Assembly: GCA_963763775.1 (NCBI GenBank)
Contig: CAVXPZ010000003.1
Location: forward strand, 352,001-416,000
Direction of reading: 5' to 3'
DNA length: 64,000 bases
Source of the DNA: an uncultured Chloroflexia bacterium
Lineage (GTDB): Bacteria; Chloroflexota; Limnocylindria; Limnocylindrales; CSP1-4
A model generated the notes under the pieces. It saw only the letters and a program-made list of their open reading frames with translations. It was not told the DNA's origin and did no database searches. A program made the position numbers and the translations under genes. This document shows, piece by piece, positions 24,495-38,489 of the stretch; the stretch's first letter is position 1; each line of letters opens with the position of its first letter.

Positions 24495-24814
24495 CGCGGC
24501 AAGTCTACCGGCGATGACGAGCGAGCGACCCGCGAGCGGCGTGCGTGAGTGGAGCCACAGGCGCCTGGCCGCGAGGGCGGGGCTCGAGCCCCGCACGTTG
24601 CCTCGCGGTACTGCCAGTACCGATACGGCGAATTCCGAGCGCGGACCGATGCCGGATCGACAGATGCACGTCGAAACAGCCACGAACCAGGAGGAACCCA
24701 TCGCAGAACGGGTACTGACGGTTGCCACTAGCCGGATCCAGGACCAAAGGGCGGGCTCAGCACCCGGCACACGTGCCCGCACCGCCCGGGCCCGCCGGCG
24801 GCCCGGGAATCGAA

Positions 24815-24840
24815 ACGGCCGACCCTGGCGGGTCGGCCGT
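24815..24840 (-). terminator. Intrinsic terminator after rpmE
   Basis: 11-bp stem ACGGCCGACCC/GGGTCGGCCGT, 4-nt loop, followed by TTTCGATT on the minus strand. Confidence 0.7.
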
Positions 24841-24861
24841 GGGACTCGGGAGCCCGAGCGG

Positions 24862-25074
24862 CTAGCTGCGGACCTGGCGCTCGAGGCGCTTCTGGAAGCG
24901 CTCGACCTGGCCGGCGGTGTCGATGATCGTCTGCTTGCCCGTGAAGAACGGGTGGCAGTTGCCGCAGACGTCGACGCGGAGCTCGGCTCGGGTGGACCCG
25001 ACGGTCCACTCGGTGCCGCACGAGCCGCAGTGCACCTTCGCCTGGTAGTACTTGGGATGGATGTCGGGCTTCAC
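24862..25074 (-). CDS. rpmE: 50S ribosomal protein L31 (Zn-binding type)
   Basis: [23 protein letters not shown]. Confidence 0.98.
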   Translation of the reverse strand: MKPDIHPKYYQAKVHCGSCGTEWTVGSTRAELRVDVCGNCHPFFTGKQTIIDTAGQVERFQKRLERQVRS

Positions 25075-25147
25075 GGGGTGTCTCTCCTCCGACGCCGTCC
25101 GTGCGGGGTCTTGCCCCCGCCGGTGGTCGCCGGCTCGATCCGGTTGC

Positions 25148-25423
25148 TTAGGCGCTTGCCGCGGCGGTCTCGACCGCCTCGACCCGGATGCGCTTCTTGT
25201 CCTTGGTGGCGTGCTCGAACTTGACCTTGCCGGTCACGGTCGCGAACACGGTGTAGTCCTTGCCGAGCCCGGTGCCCGGGCCCGCGAGGAACGTCATGCC
25301 GCGCTGGCGGACGATGATCGAACCGGCGGTGACGAGCTGGCCGTCGCCGGCCTTGACGCCGAGTCGCTGGCCGACGCTGTCGCGACCGTTCTTGACGCTG
25401 CCGCCTGCCTTCTTGTGGGCCAT
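25148..25423 (-). CDS. rpmA: 50S ribosomal protein L27
   Basis: [21 protein letters not shown]. Confidence 0.98.
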   Translation of the reverse strand: MAHKKAGGSVKNGRDSVGQRLGVKAGDGQLVTAGSIIVRQRGMTFLAGPGTGLGKDYTVFATVTGKVKFEHATKDKKRIRVEAVETAAASA

Positions 25424-25428
25424 CTCGA

Positions 25429-26076
25429 CTACTCGTCCTTCTTCGTGGCGCGGGGCTTCTTGGGCGCCGCAGGCTTCGCATCGGTGGTCTTCGCCGCATC
25501 GGCCGGCGCGGCCTTGGCAGCGGGCTTCTTGGCGGTGTCGGCCTTCGTGGCCGCGGGCTTGGCCGTCTCAGCCTTCTCGGCCTTCGGCGCGGCAGCCTTC
25601 TTGGCGGGGGCCTTCTTGGGCGCGGCGGCCTCGGTACCGACCGCGAGCTTCGCGGCGAGCTCGGCGTCCTTGGCGGCCTGCACGGCGGCGGCCTCCTCGA
25701 GGCGCTGGCGCTCGGTCTTGGCGGCGGCCGCGGCCTTCTTGGCATCGCCCGCGGCGCTCTTGCCGTTCAAGGTGATGTCGCTGATCCGGAGGACCGTCAG
25801 CTCCTGGCGATGGCCCTTCTTGACGCGGCTGCGGGCCTTCGGGCGGTACTTGAAGCTGATGGTCTTCTCGCCGCGCATCTGGCGGACGACCTCGGCCTCC
25901 ACCGCCGCATCGGCGACGACCGGACGGCCGATCGAGGCCTCGTCCCCGTCAGCGACGAGGAGGACGCGATCGATGGTGATCGTCTTGCCGGGCTCGACGT
26001 CGAGGAGCTCGACCTGGAGCTCGGTGCCGACCTCGACGCGGTACTGCTTCCCGCCGGTCTCGATGACTGCGTACAT
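25429..26076 (-). CDS. rplU: 50S ribosomal protein L21 with long Ala/Lys/Pro-rich C-terminal extension
   Basis: [14 protein letters not shown]...KKGHRQ, then ~110 aa low-complexity tail. Confidence 0.97.
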   Translation of the reverse strand: MYAVIETGGKQYRVEVGTELQVELLDVEPGKTITIDRVLLVADGDEASIGRPVVADAAVEAEVVRQMRGEKTISFKYRPKARSRVKKGHRQELTVLRISDITLNGKSAAGDAKKAAAAAKTERQRLEEAAAVQAAKDAELAAKLAVGTEAAAPKKAPAKKAAAPKAEKAETAKPAATKADTAKKPAAKAAPADAAKTTDAKPAAPKKPRATKKDE

Positions 26077-26176
26077 GGATCCTCAGGGCTTGGTCTGGCG
26101 ACGGCGGGCGACGCGCGGGGCGATCGGGCTGTCGGACATGGGATGACACCACGGCACAGCCGGGCGCGGAAGAGGG

Positions 26177-26205
26177 AGTTTACGGCCGAACGGCTCCCCG
26201 GTCAA
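26177..26205 (-). promoter_or_regulatory. Sigma70-type promoter of rplU-rpmA
   Basis: TTGACC-17 nt-TAAACT on the minus strand. Confidence 0.7.
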
Positions 26206-26230
26206 TCACGGCGTCGACCCCGGGGCACGC

Positions 26231-26946
26231 TCAGGCGAGCTCGTCGGCGAGGAGTAGGCGCTCGCGCACGATCAAGGCGACGGCGAGCGGCTCGGTGAGC
26301 TGGTCCGCGAGCGCGGCCACGACCTCCTCGGGACGGCCCGTGCCCAGACTCGCGTGGAATCGGGTCCGCGCGCGGATCACGACCGGCGGACCGTCGACGA
26401 TGACCGCGACATCTGCGAGCAGCGGTCGCAGGTCGTAGGCCACCTGGCTGCCGCCTTTGTCGCGCTGGCGTGGAAGGGTCGCGGCGGCCAGCACGGCACG
26501 GCAGGCCTGCCGATGGCGCCCGCGCCCACCGTCCGGCCCGACCTCGAGCGTGATCCGGTAGTCCGCCGCGGCGACGATCCCGCCGAGCGCCGGGCCGCCG
26601 AGCCACACGTCCTCGAGGTCCACGAGCGACCAGCCGTCGGGCACCACGCGCTCCAGGTCCTCGCGGACACGCCACCGCGGCAACCGCTCCGTCAGGACGA
26701 GGTCCATGAGCTCGCGCTCGGCCGCCATCCCCATGGTCAGCGGCGCACCGAACGCCAGTCGCGGTCGGGCCGGCGAGGCGGTCGTGCGGGCGACGGCAGC
26801 CCGCTCGCTTCCACGGCTCCCTCCCACGCATCCGCGGTCTCGCGCTGTGCGAGCCGAGGCGCGTCGAGGGCGCGGGCGACGACGAGCCGCCAACGCTGCC
26901 GGGGCTCGGGGACGGCCACCTTGGCAGGCTCGGAACCGACGTCCAC
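26231..26946 (-). CDS. DUF2344 / TIGR03936-type radical-SAM-associated protein; frameshift near 26790
   Basis: RQRWRLVVAR..WEGAVEASGLP then RPRLAFGAPL.MG..AERELMDL, YDLRPLL, GTGRPEEV. Confidence 0.72.
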
Positions 26947-26966
26947 GTCTGGTAGTCTGCGGCACG

Positions 26967-28229
26967 ATGACCGACCCCGCCCGGCCCCAGCCGGAACCGA
27001 CGCCGGGCGCCGGCGCGACCGGGGCCGCAGCCGCGGGAGCGCTCGCGTCGCTTCCTCCGGCCCCGTTCGTCACCCACCCGACCGACGGCTCGCCGCCACG
27101 CTTCGCCCCACTCTCGCCACGCGTCGCGGTCCTCATCGGGGCGGCGATCGTGCTTGGCCTCCTGCTCTGGATGGCCCGCGACAGCGTCCGGCCGTTCATC
27201 ATCGGCCTGCTGCTCGTCTACCTGCTCGACATCCCCGTCCGGCGTCTCGTCCGCCGCGGGGTCCGGCGCTCCCTCGCGATCCTCATCGTCTACATCGTGG
27301 GGATCTCGGCGATCGTCGTGTTCCTGGCGATCACGCTCACGCCACTGATCAACGAGGTCTTCCGGTTCGTCGAGGACTTCCCGCGGCTCGCGGACCAGCT
27401 CAACTCGCGGATCAAGGATCTCGCGGACTACTACTCGCACCTGCAGTTGCCGGCGGGCCTGCGCGACTGGATCGACAGCGTCATCGCCGGGATCCAGACG
27501 GGCAAGCCGGGCGCCGGCTTCGACTTCGCCTTCCTGCTGCCTCTCGTGACCGGGGCGGGGAGCCTCCTCGGCGCGATCTTCGGCTACATCATCCTGCCGA
27601 TCTGGGTGTTCTACCTCGCGAAGGACCAGGCTCGGCTCGTCAGCGCCTTCGACCGGTCCCTCCCCGAGGCCTGGAAGTTCGACATCTGGGTCCTGCTCCG
27701 GTCGGTCGAGCGCGTCTTCGGCCAGTGGGTCCGGGCGCAGGTGATCCTCGGGTTCGCGGTGGGCATCTTCACGTTCATCGGCCTGATCATCCTGAGCTAC
27801 ACGGTCGACCCCATCTTCGGGCGGTACGCGATCCTGCTGTCGGTCATCGCCGGCGTCCTGGAGCTGGTGCCGGTCATCGGCCCGATCATCTCCGCCATCC
27901 CCGCTCTCCTCATCGGCGCGACGGCCGGCATCGAGTCGGTGATCGCCGCGCTCGTGCTCTACACGCTCGTCCAGCAGGTCGAGAACAACTTCCTCGTCCC
28001 GAAGATCCAGGGCGATGCCACGGACCTCCACCCGGCGGCGGTGATCTTCGCGATCATCATCGGCGGGGCACTCGCCGGGCTGCTCGGAGCGATCCTCGCG
28101 CTGCCCGTCGCGGCGGCGTTCCGCGACGTCGTCCGCTACCTCTTCCGGCGGCTCAGCCCCGACCCGGCCGATGCCGAGGCGGTCCTGACGCTGGCCCGCA
28201 AGGTCGACATGGATCCCGCGAGTGGCTGA
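26967..28229 (+). CDS. AI-2E (PerM) family transporter
   Basis: Multiple TM segments, ELVPVIGPII, QQVENNFLVPKI, LHPAAVIFA, GAILALP. Confidence 0.92.
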   Translation: MTDPARPQPEPTPGAGATGAAAAGALASLPPAPFVTHPTDGSPPRFAPLSPRVAVLIGAAIVLGLLLWMARDSVRPFIIGLLLVYLLDIPVRRLVRRGVRRSLAILIVYIVGISAIVVFLAITLTPLINEVFRFVEDFPRLADQLNSRIKDLADYYSHLQLPAGLRDWIDSVIAGIQTGKPGAGFDFAFLLPLVTGAGSLLGAIFGYIILPIWVFYLAKDQARLVSAFDRSLPEAWKFDIWVLLRSVERVFGQWVRAQVILGFAVGIFTFIGLIILSYTVDPIFGRYAILLSVIAGVLELVPVIGPIISAIPALLIGATAGIESVIAALVLYTLVQQVENNFLVPKIQGDATDLHPAAVIFAIIIGGALAGLLGAILALPVAAAFRDVVRYLFRRLSPDPADAEAVLTLARKVDMDPASG

Positions 28230-28870
28230 CGCCTTCGACCCGTACAAGACGCTCCAGGTCGACGCCGAGGCCGATGACGAGGTGATCAAGGCTGCGTACC
28301 GCGGGCTCGCCCGCAAGTACCACCCGGACGTCACACCGGGAGCGGATGCGGCCGCGCGCATGGCCGCGATCAACGTCGCGTGGGGCATGATCGGCGAGCC
28401 GGACGCCCGGCGGCGGTACGACCAGTCGCGAGGCGGTCTTGGAGCGGCGAGCCGGGCGGGCGCGCAGGGGGCACGGGCGGGCACCGCAGCCCCCACGACC
28501 GCCGGCAGCCCGCGAGCCCGCCGCGCCGAAGCCGCCGCCCCCACCGGAGGAGGTGTCACGCGACTGGACGTCGGGTCGTTCGTCGACCGGGTCCGGCTAC
28601 GACCCCTCGATGCGCGCGGCCGACGGCCACGGCGCGGCCGGCCGGCCGCCCGGGAATCCGTCGGGGAGCGTGCTCAACTTCGGCCGCTATGCCGGCTGGT
28701 CGCTCGGGGAGATCGCGCGGAGCGACATCGAGTACATCGAATGGCTCGACCGCGCGCCGATCGGCCGCCAATACCGCGACGAGGTCGACCAGATCCTCCG
28801 CAAGGCCGGCCGCCGCGTCTCCGAATCCGTCGAGCAGCGCGATCGGCGAGGCCTGTACCGCCGACGCTAG
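28222..28870 (+). CDS. J-domain protein with C-terminal FGRY-type small domain; frameshift near 28440-28470
   Basis: DPYKTLQV..IKAAYR.LARKYHPD (J domain, HPD); other frame LNFGRYAGWSLGEIARSDIEYIEWL. Confidence 0.8.
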
Positions 28871-28885
28871 GAGGCGGGGCGGGCG

Positions 28886-30170
28886 CTACGAGGCGGGCGG
28901 CGCCTCGGCCATCTCGGCGGCGGGCGGGACCGGCGCGGAGGACTCCGACGGCACCACCGCGGCGACCCGGCTCACGAGCCGCCCGACCGTCGTGCCCTGC
29001 ACGAGCAGCGTGAACAACACGACCCCGAACGTGATCTCCTGGAGGAGGCCGCGTTGGGGGAGGTCGGCGGGCAGCGCGAGGGCCATCGCCGACCGCGACG
29101 GCTCCGCGGAGCCCGCTCCAGAACAGGACGTGGAGCCAGCCGATGGGAAGGCGCGCCGACAACCCCGGGATCGGCGCGAGACGGGCGGTCCCGCCGAGCA
29201 GGACATAGACGATCAGCGCCCGGCCGACCAGGGCGGCGACCACGGCCCACGTGATCGGCCCGAGCGCATCGAGCAGGCGCGCCGGCGGGATGGCGAGTCC
29301 GACGAGCAGGAACGTGACGGCGGTCAGCAGGAAGGCGAAGAACTCCCACACCGTGTCGATCGCGTCCGCGCCGGTCGCCGTCAGCATCCGCCCGGGCCCG
29401 ACGTTCCCCAGTACGACGGCCGCGGTGACCGTCGCGAGCACGCCCGAGAGGTGGAACTCGTCCGCGAGCAGATAGCTCCCGTACGCCAGCACGACCGAGA
29501 TCGTGAGCTCGATCAGGTGGTCGTCGATGACGCTGATGAGGCGCGCGGCGACATAGCCGGTGACGAGGCCGATCGTCACGCTGACGAGGATGGCGCCCGC
29601 GAAGGCGAGGATCGCGTCGCCGGGCGCGAACGGCTGCGTCACGGCCTGGAGCGCGATCGCGAACAGGACGAGCCCGGTCCCGTCGTTCAGGAGGCTCTCG
29701 CCGTCGACGATCGTGGCCAGCGACGGCGAGACCCGGAGGCGCTTGAAGACCGCGACCACGGCAGCTGGGTCCGTCGCGGACACCATCGCACCGACGACGA
29801 ACGCGAGCTCGATCGGCAACCCGGCGAAGACGTGCAGCACGAGCGCGACGACGAGCGCCGAGATCAGGACGCCCGGGACCGCGAGCAGCAGCAGCCCCGT
29901 CGACCAACGCCGGAGCTCGTCCACGCGCAGTCGATAGCCGGCCTCGAAGACGAGTCCTGGCAGCAGGACGACCAGCACGAGGTCCGGCGTGACCTCGATC
30001 GCCGGGATGCCAGCGCTGCTGGCGAGACCGCCGAGGACGAGGCCGGCCACGACCAGTCCGACCGTATACGGGATGCGCAGCGGGCGAACGAGGATCGCCA
30101 CGAGCGTGGCCAGCCCGAGCAGGCCGACCAGCAACGCGATCGTGTGCGGGAAGACCGAGGTCTCGATCAT
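28886..30170 (-). CDS. CPA1 (NhaP-type) Na+/H+ antiporter; frameshift near 29092
   Basis: SATDPAAV, DGESLLNDG, SGVLA, WSGLRGAV; C-terminal TM in the next frame. Confidence 0.92.
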
Positions 30171-30235
30171 GCGCCGATGGTGCGCTTACCGCCGGGCGTG
30201 CGTTCGTCCACGCGGTCGAGGATATCGAACGACGG

Positions 30236-31397
30236 TCACCACTCCGCGCGGCTCTGGCGGATGTTGATGCTCTGGATGATCCCCAGGCCGATGGCCATGC
30301 TGACGAGCGAGGCCCCGCCGTGCGTCACGAACGGCAACGGGATCCCGGTGATCGGCATGATCCCCATCACCATGCCGACGTTCACGATCAGCTGGAAGAG
30401 GATCATCGAGGCCATGCCGGCGGCGAACATCGTGCCGAACGGGTCGCGGGAACGCCAGCCCGAGACGAGGACGCGCCAGAGCAGCAGAGAAGAACAGGGT
30501 GAAGACGACGATCGCGCCGATGAACCCGAGCTCCTCGGCGAGGATCGCGAACACGAAGTCGGTCGTCTGGACCGGCAGGAACTCGCCCGCGGACTGGGTG
30601 CCGTTGGTGAGGCCCTTCCCCATCCAGCCGCCGGAGCCGACGGCGATCTGCGCCTGGTAGAGCTGGTAGCCCGCGCCCTTGATGTCCGGCGACGCGTCGA
30701 GGAACGACAGCAGGCGCTGCTTCTGGTAGTCGTGGAGGATGTACGTCCAGGCGATCGGGACGAGGGCGATGACGCCAGCCGCGAGGATGAACAGCCACTT
30801 GAGGCTCGCACCGGACATCCAGAGCATGCCGCCGAGGATCGCGGCGAACACGATCGACGTGCCGAGGTCCGGCTGGAGCATGACGAGGACCAGGGGCGGC
30901 CCGACGAGCAGGCACGCGCCGAGGATCGAGGGCAGCGAGTCCAGATGCCCTTGCCGGGCGGCGAGGTAGTTCGCGAGGACGATGATCATGAGGATCTTCG
31001 CGAGCTCGCTGAACTGGAAGGTCAGGGGGCCGAGCGCGATCCAGCGAGCGGAACCGCCGACGCCGTCGCCGATGGCGAGCGTCAGCGCGAGCAGGCCCAG
31101 CTGGAAGACGTAGATCGGCCAGGCCAGCGTCTTCAGCCAGCGGTAGTCGAACGCCGTGGACAGGATGAAGAAGACGACCGCGATCCCGGTCCACATCAGG
31201 GCACGCGTGAACGTCGTCTGGGCGTCGAGGTTGAGCTTCCCGCCCTCGATGCTGTTCGTGTACGCCATGACGAGCCCGATCGCCGCCAGCAGGCCGGCGT
31301 ACGTGACAAGCTGGACGTCGAACGCGCGCCAGACCGTCCCGATGGACTTCGCCGCCCAATCGGTGACGCGTGCTGGCTCGGCTCGGATGACGCCCAT
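30236..31397 (-). CDS. rodA: Rod shape-determining SEDS protein; frameshift near 30487
   Basis: RWIALG..FQFSELAK, QPDLGT, YQKQRL, TDFVFAILAEELGF, PITGIPLPF. Confidence 0.93.
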
Positions 31398-33296
31398 CTA
31401 CTCGGTCCGGTAGAAGTTGCCGCGCTTCATGTTCTCGAAGAGGCGGTAGTCCTTCTTGATCCCGTAGTGCAGCTGGAAGAAGTACTTGGCGATCTCGGTC
31501 GCCGCGTTGCCCTTGGTGCGCGAGTCGTAGGCGAACGCGAGGACGACGAGCTGGGAGTCGGCGTTGGCGAAGGAGCCGTGGTACGGGTCCTTGGGCGTGA
31601 AGCCGACGAACCAGGAGCTGTACGGGAGGCGGCCGAGGCGGTCGCGCTTGCCGAACTCCGCGGTCCCGGACTTTCCGGCGATCTTGATCGGCAGATCGAC
31701 GAGGTTGTACGTGTGCCGGACCAGCACGACGTTCCGCGCCGCGGCCCGCATGGTCCGAAGCACGCCCTTCTTGACCTTGAGCTTGTGGAGCAGCTTCGGC
31801 TGGAACGCGCGGACGGTCTGGCCGTCGGGCCCGACGATCTCGCGGACGATCTGTGGCTGGTACAGCTTGCCGCCGTTCGCGAGCGCGGCATAGGCGTTGA
31901 TCAGCTGGATCGGCGTGACCGTGTCGTAGCCCTGGCCGATGGACGCCTGATAGGTCTCGCCCGGGAAGATCGGCGCTCCGAGAGCGTCCTGCTTCCACTT
32001 GTTGGTCGGCACGATCCCGGTGACCTCGCCGGGGAGGTCGATCCCGGTCTGCGCCCCGAACCCGTACTGCTTGGCCCAGTACCCGAGCCGGTCGATCCCG
32101 AGCATCCCGCCGACCGTGAAGAAGTACGTGTCGCTGGAGTGCCCGAACCCGCAGTAGATGTTGCAGGCCCCGAACCCCTGGTGGTTCCAGTCGTAGTAGC
32201 GCGTCGGCCCGATCGACAGGTAGCCCTTGGTATGGATCCGCGTCGACGCCGTGATCTTCCCGTCCGACAGACCACCCGTCCCGGCGACGAGCTTGTACGT
32301 CGAACCGGGCGCGTAGTTCGCCTGCACGGCATGGTTGAGGAGCGGGAGGTCCTTGTTCTTGAGGAGCTTGCTGAAGGCCTTGTTGCTGATCCCACGGGCG
32401 AAGGCGTTGTTGTCGTACGTCGGAAGGCTCACCATCGCCAGGACCTCGCCGGTCTGCGGGTTCATGGCGATGAGCACCCCGCGGTGGTTCCCGATCGTCC
32501 GAAGCCCCCACTTGAGCGCCTTCTCGGCCTGCTTCTGGACCGTCGTGTCGATCGTCAGCTTGAGCGAGTCTCCCGGCTTCACGTCGGACAAGGTCGCGAG
32601 GACCTGCGTCTTCTGGCCGCGCGCGTTCCGCTCGACGCTCTCGGTGCCGTAGGTCCCGCGGAGATAGGACTCGTACTCCTGCTCGAGACCCGCCTTGCCG
32701 ATGAGATCGTCGGGGAGGTAGCCCTTCGGCTGGAGGTTCGGGAGCTGCTCGGCCGAGACGGGACCTGTGTAGCCGACGATCTGCGACATCAGCGGCCCTG
32801 TGGCGTACTCGCGGCGAGCCTCGACGACGACCTCCACGCCTGGCATGTCCGTCGACGACTCGGAGATGAGGCGGGCGGTCGCCTCGTCGACGTCGCCGGC
32901 GATCCGGACGAAGTCGAACGCCGATCCGGGATTGCTGTCGATCGTCGAGTTGATCTCGGCCGCATCCATCCCGATCAACGAGGCGAGCCGGTCGACGACC
33001 TCGGGTCGGAACTGCACCGGCAGGTCGGACGGACGGATCTTCACGGCGAACGTCGGCACGTTCGAGACGAGGGGACGACCCTCGCGGTCGTAGATGAGGC
33101 CGCGCGGCGCCGGGATCGACTCGACGACGGTCCGCTGCGCGGTCGAGAGGGCCTTGAATTCGCCGCCATTGACGATCTGGAGGTAGAAGAGCCGGGCGGT
33201 CAGCGACGTGATGGCCAGCACGATGACCACGCCGAACACGAGGAAGCGCGACAGCCGTCGCGCGGGCTCGACCCGCCCGTCGAGGTAGCCGTTCAC
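31398..33296 (-). CDS. mrdA: Penicillin-binding protein 2
   Basis: APRGLIYDR, PGSTYK (SxxK), SSD, KSGTAE; located between mreD and rodA. Confidence 0.95.
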   Translation of the reverse strand: MNGYLDGRVEPARRLSRFLVFGVVIVLAITSLTARLFYLQIVNGGEFKALSTAQRTVVESIPAPRGLIYDREGRPLVSNVPTFAVKIRPSDLPVQFRPEVVDRLASLIGMDAAEINSTIDSNPGSAFDFVRIAGDVDEATARLISESSTDMPGVEVVVEARREYATGPLMSQIVGYTGPVSAEQLPNLQPKGYLPDDLIGKAGLEQEYESYLRGTYGTESVERNARGQKTQVLATLSDVKPGDSLKLTIDTTVQKQAEKALKWGLRTIGNHRGVLIAMNPQTGEVLAMVSLPTYDNNAFARGISNKAFSKLLKNKDLPLLNHAVQANYAPGSTYKLVAGTGGLSDGKITASTRIHTKGYLSIGPTRYYDWNHQGFGACNIYCGFGHSSDTYFFTVGGMLGIDRLGYWAKQYGFGAQTGIDLPGEVTGIVPTNKWKQDALGAPIFPGETYQASIGQGYDTVTPIQLINAYAALANGGKLYQPQIVREIVGPDGQTVRAFQPKLLHKLKVKKGVLRTMRAAARNVVLVRHTYNLVDLPIKIAGKSGTAEFGKRDRLGRLPYSSWFVGFTPKDPYHGSFANADSQLVVLAFAYDSRTKGNAATEIAKYFFQLHYGIKKDYRLFENMKRGNFYRTE

Positions 33297-33796
33297 CAGT
33301 CCACCCGCTCGGACTGGGCGGCGCGCCGGTCATGGATCGAGATCACGAGCGGCCCGATGACGGCGGCGAGGATCGTGTCGTAGATCGCGCCGGGCAGGAT
33401 GAGGCTCAGCGGGTCCGAGACCGGGAGCGGCGAGCGGAGAGCACCGAGCAAGACGAACATGACCATCGAATAAAGGAGACTCAGCAGGAACGTTGCGATG
33501 ATCGGGGCCAGGGGGCGGACCCGCGAGAAGATGTGCCCAAGGATCGACGCGCCACCCATGCAGAGCAGGAGGGCGAAGGCGGTTGATCCGAGTGGTCGCT
33601 GCGCCAATACATCAAGAGCAAGCCCGCCCACAAAGGCCCAGACGAGCCCCGCTTCGAGTCCGACCGCGATGGTGACGATGATCCCGAGGACCAGGACGAG
33701 GTGTGGAACGGCATCGCCGACCCGAAGGTACGGCGCCACGGTCAGTTCGAACAGGGCCGCCATCGTCGCGCCGACCGCGGCGAGCAGCAAGGTCAT
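33293..33796 (-). CDS. mreD: Rod shape-determining protein MreD
   Basis: Very hydrophobic 167 aa, PHLVLV, AFVGGLALD..PLG; GTGA overlap with mrdA. Confidence 0.85.
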   Translation of the reverse strand: MTLLLAAVGATMAALFELTVAPYLRVGDAVPHLVLVLGIIVTIAVGLEAGLVWAFVGGLALDVLAQRPLGSTAFALLLCMGGASILGHIFSRVRPLAPIIATFLLSLLYSMVMFVLLGALRSPLPVSDPLSLILPGAIYDTILAAVIGPLVISIHDRRAAQSERVDW

Positions 33797-33992
33797 GGAG
33801 CGGTCGATCCTCGGAGAGGTGCCCGAAGGTCGCGCGCCCGCCAACGCGGCACTCGACGCGATCGATTCGGCGGTGACGTCGGTGCCGAGTATCCCACGGA
33901 ACTTCGCGGAACGGCAACGGCCTCGTGGACGGCCGGGCCTCCGAGCATCGCTGCGAGGGATGTGCCCAGGGTCCGACACAGCGTCGGCCTCA

Positions 33993-34008
33993 TGTTTCAC
34001 GTGAAACA
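33993..34008. promoter_or_regulatory. parS site (perfect palindrome)
   Basis: TGTTTCACGTGAAACA, upstream of parAB. Confidence 0.95.
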
Positions 34009-34098
34009 CTGCTGCAGGTGGCGATCGGTGGTGGCGGCGAACGCGGGGTCGCGATTTCGGACAGACACGTGGACCGACCGCCGGGGCGTGCCGCGTCG

Positions 34099-34114
34099 CG
34101 TTTCACGTGAAACA
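34099..34114. promoter_or_regulatory. parS site
   Basis: CGTTTCACGTGAAACA. Confidence 0.92.
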
Positions 34115-34263
34115 CCGCCGGCCGGGCACGGAGTGCCGTAAGGCCGCGATACGCCGCGATGAATGCCGCTGTGGCACGCTCGCCGTCCCCGTCTCAACCT
34201 GAGGTCCGAGCGTCAGCGATGGTAGAATCAATGACCGTGAGACCACCCCGAGCAGGCTACTGA

Positions 34264-38485
<4,222 letters not shown>

Positions 38486-38489
<4 letters not shown>

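Noticed and set aside
24690-24740. ydaO/c-di-AMP riboswitch suggested by AACCGTCAGTACCCG
   Set aside because: Only a partial match to the 3' motif; the 5' GAATC/GGGGAACC elements are not found in order
28380-33383. Very long antisense ORFs (also 1502-4138, 19395-22409, 35960-38320, 39513-41795, 41977-46515)
   Set aside because: Shadow frames of high-GC3 genes; no motifs, and composition mirrors the sense codons
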